Counted from the first letter of the stretch, positions 1 to 10,400 are shown. The stretch is DNA of 64,000 bases from a bacterium (GCA_965233585.1 CBDDTI010000746.1:448001-512000), one strand, 5' to 3'. A program made the numbers and translations. Notes: generated by a model from the sequence alone, not told the origin.

Positions 1-214
1 TGGTGAGTTTGCAAAAATTCAAATGTTCTACCAAGAAGCCATAGGTAGCTACTATCAACAAAATTTTAAGTATGCTCTGGATTCCTTCCAAAACATGCAG
101 CAACTCTCACCCAATGACCAAGTCTTGAATGTCTTCATTCAAAGATGCCAACACTTCTTGCAATACCCCCCAGAGTCAAATTGGGACGGTGTGTTTTACT
201 TAAAGTCTAAATAG
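1..214 (+). CDS. 3' end of a class III adenylate cyclase paralog (truncated by window edge)
   Basis: C-terminal 63 aa near-identical to the C-termini of the two downstream cyclases (QQLSPNDQVLNVFIQRCQHFLQ..WDGVFYL). Confidence 0.9.
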   Translation, partial: GEFAKIQMFYQEAIGSYYQQNFKYALDSFQNMQQLSPNDQVLNVFIQRCQHFLQYPPESNWDGVFYLKSK

Positions 215-256
215 CTTCTTAATCAGTCCAAAGCTCAAAGGGTTTAATACCAAACC

Positions 257-2359
257 ATGAAACTCAATTCTTATTTTTTCTCAATCTTTTTTCTAACAAG
301 TTTCGTTTTGAATGGCTTCAGCTTAGCCTTTGGTCAAAGACTGTTGTTGAACGAAGACAAAAAATATCCGATTGAAAAACAGTATTTAAAGTTTTTGAAA
401 GACCCCAACAATCAGCTCAGTATCATAGATGTTTTAAAGAAGTCAGCAGATTTTCAAGATGCCACTTCTGCACCCTTAAACTTTGGCTTGAGCAAATCCA
501 CTTATTGGCTTCAAATAAACCTTCAAAACTTCGTAGGAATCTCTGATAACATGAAATGGGCTTTGGTGATTCAAAACCCTTTTTTGAAACAGGCATCAGT
601 TCACTTAAAGCAGGGAGAGCGACTATGGAGTTCAGTTGATTTGATCAAATTCTATGGGCTAGAACATCACCTCCCCAGCTACCGCTTCCCTACTGTCATC
701 TTGGATATTGAATTAGCTGAAGAAACGACAATTTATATCCAACTCCAATCACACCTTGAGGCTTATTACCCTATCTATCTAATCCCTCATCATCAGCTGA
801 TGGACGTCTCACGCACCGAAAACACCTCCTTTGGTATCACCATAGGTGCCATTTTTATAGTGGTTGTCTCCTCGCTTTTTTTGTTCTTTTCTACTAAAAA
901 ATCTATATTTTTGTATATGATTTTATACTCATTGCTGAGCCCTACAGTAACTCATATACAAGTAGGATATGTTCAATTCTTCTTACCAGATTCTTGGTAT
1001 GGGAAAAGTGATGTGTTGTTTACTTTTATAGTCTCTGTTGCCATGTCAAGCGTTTACCTCTTTGCCATGGTCTTTATAGGGTTACCAGAGAGGTACCCTA
1101 AACTGACGTTTTTGTTCAAAGGTTGCCTCATCTTCTCTTTGGTGTGTAGTTTCATTGCGTTTGTTGATGTGCAGGTTTCAATGATAGTCACAACTGTGTC
1201 TGCAATCATCATGGTCACAAATTTGACGATTGCTTGTGTTCATGTTTACAGGTCAAAAGCCCCAAATCGTAAGGAAGCCATCTGTTATCTGATTGCTTGG
1301 TGTCCTGTCGTGATTGCAATTCTTGCCAAAACTATAGTGCTTGCAGGAGTTCCTGTACCAAAGATGATTGTAGATCACAGCATGTCTGTTGGAATCTTGG
1401 TGCATGTGTATTTGGTGATGTTACTGCTTTTGATGTGTGTCAGAGCGATTGAGCAAGATAGACTCAGAGCAAATGCAGAATTGGCTACACTCTTAGATGC
1501 CTTCAAAGTCTTTGTCCCTGCCAAAATTCTGGACACTGCAGAACATAGCTCTACCTCTATCAACATTAATCAATCTTACGAGGAGTTCATCACTTTGTTT
1601 TTTGCTGACATGCGGGGCTTTACCAAAATCTCAGAGTCTATGTCTCCGGGAAGTCTGATGAAATTTCTTAACCTTTACTTTGAAAGGTTTCACAGAGTGA
1701 CTGCCAAACATGGAGGAGTGATTGACAAATACATTGGGGACGCTGCCATGGTGATTTATAGCTTACACAATGCACGACCTGCAGAGTCTGCCAGTGCTGC
1801 TTTAGCATCTGCTGTGGGATTGCAAGACAAGCTCCAACGTTACTCAGCAAAATGGGGGTCAAAGCATCTGATTCCCCAAATGGGCATCGGGATTCACAGC
1901 GGTCAAGTCACCATGGGAACAGTTGGCTCAACAAATAGAAAAGATTTCACAGTCATTGGGGACGCTGTCAATGTTGCCGCAAGACTAGAATCCCTCACTA
2001 AGTACTATGGGATTAAGTTGTTACTCACTGAAACAACTTATCAACTTTTGAATGACAAAAATTATATTCGTTTTGTAGATCACATTGCTGTTTACGGAAA
2101 AACCGAACCCACCAAGATTTATCAACGACTCATTCACCAAGAAATAGATGAGTTTGAAAAAATTCAAATGTTCTACCAAGAAGCGATAGATGCCTACTAT
2201 CAACAAAACTTCAAGGAGGCTTTAGATTCATTCCAAAACATGCAACAGCTCTCGCCAAATGACCAAGTCTTGAATGTCTTCATTCAAAGATGCCAGCACT
2301 TCCTCCAATCACCCCCAGAAGCAGATTGGGACGGAGTGTTTTATTTAGACACTAAATAA
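257..2359 (+). CDS. Membrane class III adenylate cyclase with 7TM-DISM-like extracellular sensor and 7TM domains
   Basis: Signal peptide, NFGL..STYWL periplasmic domain, ~7 TM helices, cyclase motifs FADMRGFT, DKYIGDA, GIGIHSG, VIGDAVNVAARLE. Confidence 0.9.
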   Translation: MKLNSYFFSIFFLTSFVLNGFSLAFGQRLLLNEDKKYPIEKQYLKFLKDPNNQLSIIDVLKKSADFQDATSAPLNFGLSKSTYWLQINLQNFVGISDNMKWALVIQNPFLKQASVHLKQGERLWSSVDLIKFYGLEHHLPSYRFPTVILDIELAEETTIYIQLQSHLEAYYPIYLIPHHQLMDVSRTENTSFGITIGAIFIVVVSSLFLFFSTKKSIFLYMILYSLLSPTVTHIQVGYVQFFLPDSWYGKSDVLFTFIVSVAMSSVYLFAMVFIGLPERYPKLTFLFKGCLIFSLVCSFIAFVDVQVSMIVTTVSAIIMVTNLTIACVHVYRSKAPNRKEAICYLIAWCPVVIAILAKTIVLAGVPVPKMIVDHSMSVGILVHVYLVMLLLLMCVRAIEQDRLRANAELATLLDAFKVFVPAKILDTAEHSSTSININQSYEEFITLFFADMRGFTKISESMSPGSLMKFLNLYFERFHRVTAKHGGVIDKYIGDAAMVIYSLHNARPAESASAALASAVGLQDKLQRYSAKWGSKHLIPQMGIGIHSGQVTMGTVGSTNRKDFTVIGDAVNVAARLESLTKYYGIKLLLTETTYQLLNDKNYIRFVDHIAVYGKTEPTKIYQRLIHQEIDEFEKIQMFYQEAIDAYYQQNFKEALDSFQNMQQLSPNDQVLNVFIQRCQHFLQSPPEADWDGVFYLDTK

Positions 2360-2619
2360 TTTCTGAATCCGCTTATCAATTTGGTGACAAAAAGCAACCA
2401 GCAATTTTTTAGGGAAGCTCCAAAAGACTCACAAGGTCTCAAAGACTCATTCCTTCTCAGGCTCATCTTTAAATCCACTTGCTCTTTTTATCTGAGTCGT
2501 GGTAAGCTCCCTAGCCTAAGACCATGAGATTTCTGATGAGGTCAACAAATTGCGGGACACCTACGTTCTATTTTGATGGGAACGGTTCTACTAAAGCTCA
2601 AAAGGTTTAACACTGACTT

Positions 2620-4740
2620 ATGAAACTAAATCATCATCTGTTTTTTATGTTTTTTTTGACAAGTGTCATTTTAGATGGCTTCAGCTTAGCCTTTGGTCAA
2701 AGACTGTTGTTGAACGAAGACAAAAAATATCCGATTGAAAAACAGTATTTAAAGTTTTTGAAAGACTCTAGCAATCAGCTGAGTATCATAGATGTTTTAC
2801 AGAGGTCGGAAGATTTCCAACAAGTCTCTGTTACACCTGTCAACTTTGGTCTGAATCGTTCTACTTATTGGTTTAAAATAGACCTGCTCAATTTGTCATA
2901 CTTTGAAAGACAAGAATGGGTTCTAATTGTTCGCAATCCTTTTTTAAAAACGGTGTCTGTTTACATAGAGAATGGAGAACAACTATGGAGTTCAGGTCAT
3001 GTGCTAGAGTCTCATGGTCTGCAAGCTCAGCCTTTTGACTACCGCTTCCCCAATGTGTCTTTAGCCCTTCACATGGCTGAAGAATTGACAGTGTACGTCA
3101 AAGTGCAGTCCAATGTTGAGGCTTATTATCCCATCGTTTTGCTACCTGCGCACGAGATGGCTAACTCAATCCAAATGGAAAACATTGTGCTTGGTACTAC
3201 GGTGGGGGCATTGTTTTTATTGACGATTGCCACCATCGCTCTCTTTCTTTCTACCAGAAGTCCTGTCTTTTTATACATGGTTTTATATACCATTTTGGCA
3301 TCCATGGCTGCTCAGATGCAACTTGGTCATGTTCAGTTTTTCTTGCCCAGTCATTGGTACCCCTACAATCACGTTTTGTTTTCATTCATCATCTGTATTG
3401 CAGTGGCATCAAGTTATTTGTTCTCTATGACATTTCTGCAACTCTCAAGTTCTTACCCTAAGCTCACACTTCTTTTTAGGGGCAATCTGTTAGTTGCTTT
3501 ATTAGGGAGTCTGTCCCCATTTTATGATGGACATTGGGGAATGATCACAGCCAATGTGGTCTCGTTCATAATGATTGTCAATCTGTTGACAGCTTGTTAC
3601 ACCATTTGTCGCTCAGAGAGCAAAGTCCGTTGGGAGGCAGTTTACTATCTCTTGACTTGGGTTCCTCCAATCATTGCCATTTTGACCAAATTTTTCTTGT
3701 CTGCAGGGGTACGTTTTTCAGAATTTTTTGTAGAAAGCAGTATGTCTTTTGCATTTTTATTACATACTTATTTGATCATGTTCCTTCTGTTCATGCGGGT
3801 CAAAAAGATAGAACAAGACAGAATCAAAGCCGACAAAAAATCGCTAGAGATTGCCGAAAAACAACTGAAGTTATTGGACACCTTCCAAATTTTTGTCCCT
3901 GCCAAAATTCTGGACACTGCAGAACATAGCTCTACCTCTATCAACATCAATCAATCTTACGAGGAGTTCATCACTTTGTTTTTTGCTGACATGCGGGGCT
4001 TTACCAAAATCTCAGAGTCCATGACACCGGGAAGTTTGATGAAATTTCTCAATCTTTACTTTGAAAGGTTTCACAGAGTGACTGCCAAATATGGAGGAGT
4101 GATTGATAAGTACATTGGCGATGCTGCCATGGTGATTTACAGCTTACACAATGCACGACCTGCAGAGTCTGCCAGTGCTGCTTTAGCATCTGCTGTGGGA
4201 TTGCAAGACAAGCTCCAACGTTACCAAGCAAAATGGGGTGCCAACTATCCTATTCCCCAAATGGGCATTGGGATTCACAGCGGTCAGGTCATCATGGGAA
4301 CAGTTGGCTCAAAAAATAGAAAAGATTTCACAGTCATTGGGGACGCTGTCAATGTTGCCGCAAGGCTAGAATCCCTCACTAAATACTATGGAATTAAGTT
4401 GTTACTCACTGAAACAACTTACCAACTTTTGAATGACAAAAATTATATTCGTTTTATAGATCACATTGCCGTTTATGGAAAAACCGAACCCACCAAGATT
4501 TATCAAAGGCTTATTTATCAAGAAATAGATGAGTTTGAAAAAATTCAAATGTTCTACCAAGATGCGATAGATGACTACTATCAACAAAACTTCAAGGAGG
4601 CTTTGACCTTACTCCAAAGCATGCAGCAACTCTCACCCAATGACCAAGTCTTGAACGTCTTCATTCAAAGATGCCAGCACTTCCTCCAATCACCTCCGAA
4701 AAAGAATTGGGACGGCGTGTTCTATTTAAACTCTAAGTAG
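2620..4740 (+). CDS. Membrane class III adenylate cyclase with 7TM-DISM-like sensor (paralog)
   Basis: Same architecture and motifs; catalytic domain nearly identical to 257..2359. Confidence 0.9.
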   Translation: MKLNHHLFFMFFLTSVILDGFSLAFGQRLLLNEDKKYPIEKQYLKFLKDSSNQLSIIDVLQRSEDFQQVSVTPVNFGLNRSTYWFKIDLLNLSYFERQEWVLIVRNPFLKTVSVYIENGEQLWSSGHVLESHGLQAQPFDYRFPNVSLALHMAEELTVYVKVQSNVEAYYPIVLLPAHEMANSIQMENIVLGTTVGALFLLTIATIALFLSTRSPVFLYMVLYTILASMAAQMQLGHVQFFLPSHWYPYNHVLFSFIICIAVASSYLFSMTFLQLSSSYPKLTLLFRGNLLVALLGSLSPFYDGHWGMITANVVSFIMIVNLLTACYTICRSESKVRWEAVYYLLTWVPPIIAILTKFFLSAGVRFSEFFVESSMSFAFLLHTYLIMFLLFMRVKKIEQDRIKADKKSLEIAEKQLKLLDTFQIFVPAKILDTAEHSSTSININQSYEEFITLFFADMRGFTKISESMTPGSLMKFLNLYFERFHRVTAKYGGVIDKYIGDAAMVIYSLHNARPAESASAALASAVGLQDKLQRYQAKWGANYPIPQMGIGIHSGQVIMGTVGSKNRKDFTVIGDAVNVAARLESLTKYYGIKLLLTETTYQLLNDKNYIRFIDHIAVYGKTEPTKIYQRLIYQEIDEFEKIQMFYQDAIDDYYQQNFKEALTLLQSMQQLSPNDQVLNVFIQRCQHFLQSPPKKNWDGVFYLNSK

Positions 4741-4818
4741 TTTCTTAATCCATCACCAATTTGATGACAAGAAGCAACCAGCAATTTTTAGGGAAGGTTC
4801 AAAAATCCACAGTCTGCC

Positions 4819-6126
4819 TCAACACGATGAAAGTTGAGTAAGGCTTGGGGTTTGGAAGAAATGAGAAAAGACTTGCTGAGTGGCATGTAAATCATGGACT
4901 CCGCAAATTTCGCGAACAGAGTGCATAGAAAGCATGGCAGCCCCAACATCAATGGTCGTGATTCCAAGATGAGATGCCAAATAAGGTGCAATGGTACTGC
5001 CACAACCCATGTCATTTCTGCTGGCAAAATTTTGCACAGGTTGGTTGATGGATTGGCAAAGATTTTCAAAAATTGCCACAGATTCACCTGAAGTCATGTA
5101 CCTGCCATTGACATTGGATTTGACCACCAAACCCGCATTCATTTTGGGGTGCAAGTGTTCGTCATGGCGATCTACATAATTGGGGTGAAGGGCATGAGCC
5201 ATGTCAGCAGAGATCAAAAACGACTTGGCAAAGGCACGAGCGACGTCTTCAGTCTGAAGTTTTGGACAGTAGGACTCACAAATCCGATTCAAGACACAAG
5301 CCGCAAATGACGATTTAGCCCCCGCTCCTGTTTCGCTCCCAATTTCTTCATGGTCAAAGCCCAGACTGACGCACGTCCCATCAAATCCTTCTCCTGCTTT
5401 GATCAAGGCTTGGGTTGCACAAAATCCTGAAAACAAATTGTCTAGTCTTGGTGCGGCAATCCATTCATCATGTAACCCCAGCAATGTGGAGGGCTGTGTG
5501 TCGCACAAAGCCAAATCATAACTTAAAATTCGTTCTGCTTCTGCTTCCTTTGCCAAAAACTGCAAAAGAGAGTCTTCTGATTCTTCAAGCGAATAGATGG
5601 GCTTCAGATGCCTTTGGGGATTCAGCTTTAAACCTTCGCGGTTGACATCACGATTTAAATGAATGGCAAGCAAAGGAATCCGCAATAATGGCTTTTTGAC
5701 ATGAATGAGCTTATCAGAAATTTTGCCTTCTTCTTCCACCAGCAAACGTCCTGCAAGGGACAAATCACGGTCTAACCAACTTGACAGCAACACGCCTCCG
5801 TACACCTCCACGTTCAGCTGACGGTAGCCTTGTTGACAAAATGTTGCTTCAGGCTTCAGCCGTAAATTTGGGGAATCCGTATGCCACCCGATTAAACGAA
5901 ACCCTGTTGCCGTTGGGGACTGCCTTCCCATCGTCCAAGCAATGATGGCACCACCTGCACGTGTGGTGTAATACTTTTGACCTTGCTCCAAATTCCATGC
6001 TTCTGACTCATCAAGTGCCTGAAAGCCGTGAGCGTCTAGCTGCTGCCTGACGTTTTGTGTGGCATGAAAAGGAGTGGGTGAATTGTCAATGAATGTCAGC
6101 AGTTGTTGGGTCAGTGGTTTCATCAA
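4819..6126 (-). CDS. apeB: M18 family (aspartyl) aminopeptidase
   Basis: SPTPFHA, HTDSP, RLDNL, FDHEEIGS, SADMAHALHPNY, GSTI, SMHSVRE motifs. Confidence 0.92.
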   Translation of the reverse strand: MMKPLTQQLLTFIDNSPTPFHATQNVRQQLDAHGFQALDESEAWNLEQGQKYYTTRAGGAIIAWTMGRQSPTATGFRLIGWHTDSPNLRLKPEATFCQQGYRQLNVEVYGGVLLSSWLDRDLSLAGRLLVEEEGKISDKLIHVKKPLLRIPLLAIHLNRDVNREGLKLNPQRHLKPIYSLEESEDSLLQFLAKEAEAERILSYDLALCDTQPSTLLGLHDEWIAAPRLDNLFSGFCATQALIKAGEGFDGTCVSLGFDHEEIGSETGAGAKSSFAACVLNRICESYCPKLQTEDVARAFAKSFLISADMAHALHPNYVDRHDEHLHPKMNAGLVVKSNVNGRYMTSGESVAIFENLCQSINQPVQNFASRNDMGCGSTIAPYLASHLGITTIDVGAAMLSMHSVREICGVHDLHATQQVFSHFFQTPSLTQLSSC

Positions 6127-6137
6127 AAAAATTTCTG

Positions 6138-6186
6138 TTGAATTGATTGAGTTGATTGAGTTGATTAAATGAATTGAATTGATTGA
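6138..6186. repeat. Degenerate (TTGATTGAG/TTGAATTGA)n short tandem repeat
   Basis: ttgaattgattgagttgattgagttgattaaatgaattgaattgattgaa seen directly. Confidence 0.6.
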
Positions 6187-6195
6187 AAGAAGAGT

Positions 6196-6951
6196 TTACT
6201 GAAGTTTAAATTTGGTGACTTTAATCAGCTCAATCAAAGCATTGCGGGTTTGCCTTTGACTTTGGAATCGTTCAATGTTGGCAAAGGCGATGCGCTGCAC
6301 GGCAACGACAAGCTGGGGAGATTGCGATGCTGTAACCAGTTGAGCAAGAAAGTCAATTAATTTCTGGCTTTCTTGTGGAACAGTAGAACTTTGCAAAAAG
6401 GTTTGAAGAGTGCCAAGTAGCTCCATAGAATACTTGTTGTCTGGCAGTTGAAGCAGAATGGGCATCATTTGGCTGATGATGTCAAGCCTTGCCTGCATGA
6501 GTGGGGTTTGCATGAGTTGGTCTTTTAAGACACGAAATTGGATTTGCAATTTAAGCAAGTCTGCTTGTTTTTTGTTGTGAAAATAGTCTGCCACTTCTCC
6601 AAGCTCAATCATCGCCTGCTGATAATTCCCTGAAGCCAAAGCATCTTTGGCACGTTCCACAGGGATTCGCTCAATCATTTTCAAAGAGTTTTGATATTCT
6701 TCAGAAGTGGGGGGAACTTTACGAAAAAAAACAACCGAATTGGCATAATTCTTTTTTTCAAACGAGGCAACCCCTGCTTGATAAAAACAATTTGCCACAC
6801 CTTCAAAACCGACAGGGCATTCAGGTTCAAAAGTCAACAATGAACAACCTGCCACCACCAAAACAAGTCCCAGCTTAAAACGTCTTACCATGTTCTTAAT
6901 CCAAATCAAAGCATGTAGCAAACTTTGCACCAAATGACTCACTTTTTTCAC
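6196..6951 (-). CDS. Hypothetical lipoprotein with TPR-like helices
   Basis: Lipobox-like VVAGC after a hydrophobic stretch; helical FYQAG..F..K.Y..S..FF pattern; true start may be the internal Met (MVRRFK). Confidence 0.6.
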   Translation of the reverse strand: MKKVSHLVQSLLHALIWIKNMVRRFKLGLVLVVAGCSLLTFEPECPVGFEGVANCFYQAGVASFEKKNYANSVVFFRKVPPTSEEYQNSLKMIERIPVERAKDALASGNYQQAMIELGEVADYFHNKKQADLLKLQIQFRVLKDQLMQTPLMQARLDIISQMMPILLQLPDNKYSMELLGTLQTFLQSSTVPQESQKLIDFLAQLVTASQSPQLVVAVQRIAFANIERFQSQRQTRNALIELIKVTKFKLQ

Positions 6952-7026
6952 TTTTATTCTTCCTTCTTGATGTGCTAGAATGTTTGGTTTTTATTTTTGC
7001 TGATTATTTTTATTGAAAGGGGAATC

Positions 7027-7167
7027 ATGTCTAAAACACAAAAAACGCGTCTTCGTCGCCTTCGTCATCACCGAGCCAATCGTTGCAACCTGCAAAAATC
7101 CCAAAAACGCATGGCAAGCAATGTCAATGTCATCCGCCAGCTGGAGGCGATTCTGACTTCTAAGTGA
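7027..7167 (+). CDS. Small basic protein, 46 aa (MSKTQKTRLRRLRHHRANRCNLQKSQKRMASNVNVIRQLEAILTSK)
   Basis: Not in ORF track; purine-rich RBS (GAAAGGGGA) upstream; its TGA overlaps the GTG start of xth (GTGA). Confidence 0.65.
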   Translation: MSKTQKTRLRRLRHHRANRCNLQKSQKRMASNVNVIRQLEAILTSK

Positions 7168-8159
7168 GTCAGTCTTTTGAGTCTCTTTTGACTCAACCCA
7201 TTTGCCTTGATGACCTTCGTCATGCGGTTGATTCTGACTTTCAGCAAGTGGTTGAAAGTCTTTACCAGTGGTTAAGAGAAGATCGTCTTGTGGTCACAAG
7301 GCATTCAAAGGCTCTTTCCTATTCTTCTTTTTTCTTTTTCCTGCCCACTGACATTGTTCAGCTGAAAACCTCTCAAACTCTACGAATTGCCACATGGAAT
7401 GTCAACTCCATTCGCAAACGTTTAGAGTTGTTATGCGACTTTTTAAAAGCGCAACGACCAACCCTTGTAGTGTTGCAAGAGACCAAAACGCCAGATGCGT
7501 CCTTCCCTCATGGTGAGTTGCTACTTCATGGCTACAGCTGTGTTTTTCATGGTCAGCGAACGTACAATGGGGTTGCTGTGCTGGCAAACTGTGCGATTGA
7601 TGACGTCCGCTATGGTTTTACAAATGGCTGGGATAGTTCAAACAAACGATTGATTGCCGCACTGGTTCAAGGTGTGTGGGTCATCAACGTCTATGCGCCG
7701 CAGGGTGAAAGTGTGGAGTCTGACAAATTTGAGTACAAACTTTCATTTTATGAACAGCTACACCAAGAGTTGCAAGCTCATTACTCTGCCTCGCAACCTG
7801 TCGTTTTGCTTGGAGATTTGAACATTGCACCAGAGGCAAGAGATTTGTCGTGTCCTGAAGCAATGGCAGGACACGTGAGTTTTCACCCCAAAGAACTTGA
7901 GGCATTGCAAAAGCTAAAAGACTGGGGCTTGCATGACGTCTTCCGTAACTTTCAGGAATCAAACGGACATTACAGCTGGTGGGATTACAGAGGCAATGCC
8001 TTTGCAAAAGATGAAGGCATGAGGATTGACCATATTTGGGTCACCAAGCCTTTGTTAGAACAAGCAGACTCTTGTTGGATAGACAAAGCTATGCGCACCT
8101 TGCCTTCTCCTTCTGACCACGTGCCTGTCATTGCTGATTTCAATCACTTGAGTCTTTAA
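7164..8159 (+). CDS. xth: Exodeoxyribonuclease III with ~70-aa N-terminal extension
   Basis: IATWNVNS, LQETK, YNGVA, GDLNIA, YSWWDYR, RIDH, SDHVPV motifs. Confidence 0.93.
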   Translation: MSQSFESLLTQPICLDDLRHAVDSDFQQVVESLYQWLREDRLVVTRHSKALSYSSFFFFLPTDIVQLKTSQTLRIATWNVNSIRKRLELLCDFLKAQRPTLVVLQETKTPDASFPHGELLLHGYSCVFHGQRTYNGVAVLANCAIDDVRYGFTNGWDSSNKRLIAALVQGVWVINVYAPQGESVESDKFEYKLSFYEQLHQELQAHYSASQPVVLLGDLNIAPEARDLSCPEAMAGHVSFHPKELEALQKLKDWGLHDVFRNFQESNGHYSWWDYRGNAFAKDEGMRIDHIWVTKPLLEQADSCWIDKAMRTLPSPSDHVPVIADFNHLSL

Positions 8160-8838
8160 AGACACGCCTTGCCAAAGTCAAAGAACACACCGTTTTTGCC
8201 CCTTGCATCTTCAAAACTTTGGCAGCCTCATTGAGTGTCTCGCCTGAAGTCATCACATCATCTATTAGCAGGATTGAGCAATCTTTGACATGTTTTTCGC
8301 AATGTTTTTGGACAGCAAAGGCGTTTTGTATGTTTTCAATCCGTCCTTTGCGTGAAAGTTTCGCTTGTTCTTGAGTGTAACGTGTTCTGATAAGTAAATT
8401 TTCAATACGTTGCTGATTCCAAATGGGAGTCCGTACTAACTCTAAGGATTGATTGAAGCCTCTTTGCCTGAATCGTTTTTTGTGCAATGGAATGGGTGTG
8501 ATATAATCAAATGTTTTCAGACTGGGCAATGTTTGGTACATCAAACGGCTCAGCATGGGAATCAAACGTTCTTGCTGATGAAATTTTAAACCAAGCACCC
8601 ACTGCCTAACTTGTGCATGATAAAAGAACGTAGAATAGCAGTGGTCTAAATAAGTTGGGGTTTGCAAAGCCTGTTTGGGATTGTACCACGGCAGGCTTTG
8701 ACTGCATTTGAAGCAAAGGAAAGGAGAGGCTGAAAGCTCCTTGCTTTTTAAATGAGCTTGGCAAACCAAGCATTGTGGCAATAACAAATAGGTTGTGATG
8801 ACATCTATACTTTTTTTAAAAAACATGAAGATTTTCAA
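8140..8838 (-). CDS. comF: ComF family protein (Zn ribbon + phosphoribosyltransferase fold)
   Basis: CxxC..CxxC, PIPLH..R..RGFNQS, LLIDDVMTSGETL. Confidence 0.9.
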   Translation of the reverse strand: MKIFMFFKKSIDVITTYLLLPQCLVCQAHLKSKELSASPFLCFKCSQSLPWYNPKQALQTPTYLDHCYSTFFYHAQVRQWVLGLKFHQQERLIPMLSRLMYQTLPSLKTFDYITPIPLHKKRFRQRGFNQSLELVRTPIWNQQRIENLLIRTRYTQEQAKLSRKGRIENIQNAFAVQKHCEKHVKDCSILLIDDVMTSGETLNEAAKVLKMQGAKTVCSLTLARRVFKDSSD

Positions 8839-9379
8839 GTTTGGCGTCTCTTGTCAGATGATGCTTTTGTTCTTGTTTGGCTGTTCTACCAATTTTTATC
8901 CTCCTAACATGGATTATGAAGTTGGTTTTTTTACTGACAGAATTGCAGGGTTGGTGACTGATGAAGAAGGGCGGTTTATAGAGGGGTCGTTTGTCATTGT
9001 CAGAAAGTATTACTCACACGTGGTGTCTTTGGAAGAAAAAATTTACACCCCTGAAGCCTCATTGGTTTTTCCCAATGAATATGGTGATTTTTCAGTGACG
9101 ATGGAGTCCAGTGTTGCCAAATTAGATTTAATTTTTATTGCATCAGGTTATGTGATGCAAAGTTTTTCATTTCAAAGGCAGATTGGGATTGGCAACCTGT
9201 CTTACTATGCTCAGTTGAAACCAACAGAAGCATGGCGGGAACATTTCTTGGTGAATATCCAACCACTCTTGCAACATCTCATTTTAGAGGAACGTTATCT
9301 TTTGCCAGCCATTCACCTTGCCTTTTTAGATGAATGGCAAGACAAGGAAAAGGCAGGATTTACAGACCTTCAAAATTGA
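8795..9379 (+). CDS. Hypothetical lipoprotein (start likely ~8859)
   Basis: LLFLFGC lipobox; co-directional with and 6 bp upstream of engB. Confidence 0.6.
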   Translation: MMTSILFLKNMKIFKFGVSCQMMLLFLFGCSTNFYPPNMDYEVGFFTDRIAGLVTDEEGRFIEGSFVIVRKYYSHVVSLEEKIYTPEASLVFPNEYGDFSVTMESSVAKLDLIFIASGYVMQSFSFQRQIGIGNLSYYAQLKPTEAWREHFLVNIQPLLQHLILEERYLLPAIHLAFLDEWQDKEKAGFTDLQN

Positions 9380-9385
9380 CCAGAC

Positions 9386-9991
9386 ATGAAGATTCAATCT
9401 GCAGAGTTTGTTTTAAGCGCTGCCAAAACATCGCAATTTCCCCAAACAAACTTCCCTGAAATTGCTTTTTGTGGCAAATCTAATGTTGGCAAGTCCACTT
9501 TGATTAATTCATTATTGAGGCGGAAAAGCCTTGTCAAAACCAGCTCTGTCCCCGGCAAAACACAACTCATCAACTTCTTTTGTATCAATCAATCTTTTCA
9601 TTTGGTAGATTTACCGGGATATGGCTTTGCCCGTGTGCCTGTTCATGTTAGGCAAAGTTGGAAGGTATTGATTGAATCTTACTTGAAAGAAAGGCAGGCT
9701 TTAAAAGCCGCCGTTTTGATTGTTGACAGCAGGCATGGCGCCACACCGCAAGACCTTGCCTTGTACGAATGGTTTCAACACGAAGCTAAACCTGTCATTG
9801 TCATTGCCAACAAAATTGACAAGCTCAAATCTAGTCAAATCAAAAAGCAATTACAAAGCATTCAAACAGCCTTTGCACTGACTTCAGAACCTTTGCCTCA
9901 TTCTTCTTCAAAAAAAATAGGACAGCCCCAGATTTGGCAAGCACTGCAAGAACATCTTCAATCCTCCCCCCTCAAAGACACCACGCCTTAA
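9386..9991 (+). CDS. engB: Ribosome biogenesis GTPase YihA/YsxC
   Basis: GKSNVGKS, PGKTQ, DLPGYG, NKID motifs. Confidence 0.95.
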   Translation: MKIQSAEFVLSAAKTSQFPQTNFPEIAFCGKSNVGKSTLINSLLRRKSLVKTSSVPGKTQLINFFCINQSFHLVDLPGYGFARVPVHVRQSWKVLIESYLKERQALKAAVLIVDSRHGATPQDLALYEWFQHEAKPVIVIANKIDKLKSSQIKKQLQSIQTAFALTSEPLPHSSSKKIGQPQIWQALQEHLQSSPLKDTTP

Positions 9992-10076
9992 AAACCTTAA
10001 TCCTTCCTTAAATTCTTTCAAAGCCTGCACTTTTTGACTGACGTTATTTTGGTTTGTCTGTTGCATACATTTTGAG

Positions 10077-10400
10077 ATGCAAAATAAACTTCTTTTCTTC
10101 ACTTCCTTGCTGATGGTGCTATGGCTTTCAGCATGTCGCTCGTCTGAAACTCAGAACGTCTTCCGTACGCAGTATCTGGAATCTACAAGTTTGGGATACA
10201 AGCCTCCTAAGCAAATTAAAATGATGGCTGTCGGCTGTGGACTCACTTTGCTTGATGCCCAAAAAACTGCCAAACAAAATGCACAATTCAACCTCCGTTC
10301 TGTCATGGGCAACCAACGTTATTTGGAGTCGTTCCGTGAAAAACGTAGGTTTATGAAAGGCAATCAAATTTGTGTGCAAATCAATGCAATCGCTAGATAG
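10077..10400 (+). CDS. Hypothetical lipoprotein
   Basis: Signal peptide ending LSAC. Confidence 0.6.
   Translation: MQNKLLFFTSLLMVLWLSACRSSETQNVFRTQYLESTSLGYKPPKQIKMMAVGCGLTLLDAQKTAKQNAQFNLRSVMGNQRYLESFREKRRFMKGNQICVQINAIAR

Noticed and set aside
2533..2600. Hammerhead-like CTGATGAG core in the cyclase intergenic region
   Set aside because: No stem II with following GAAA or supporting stems could be identified
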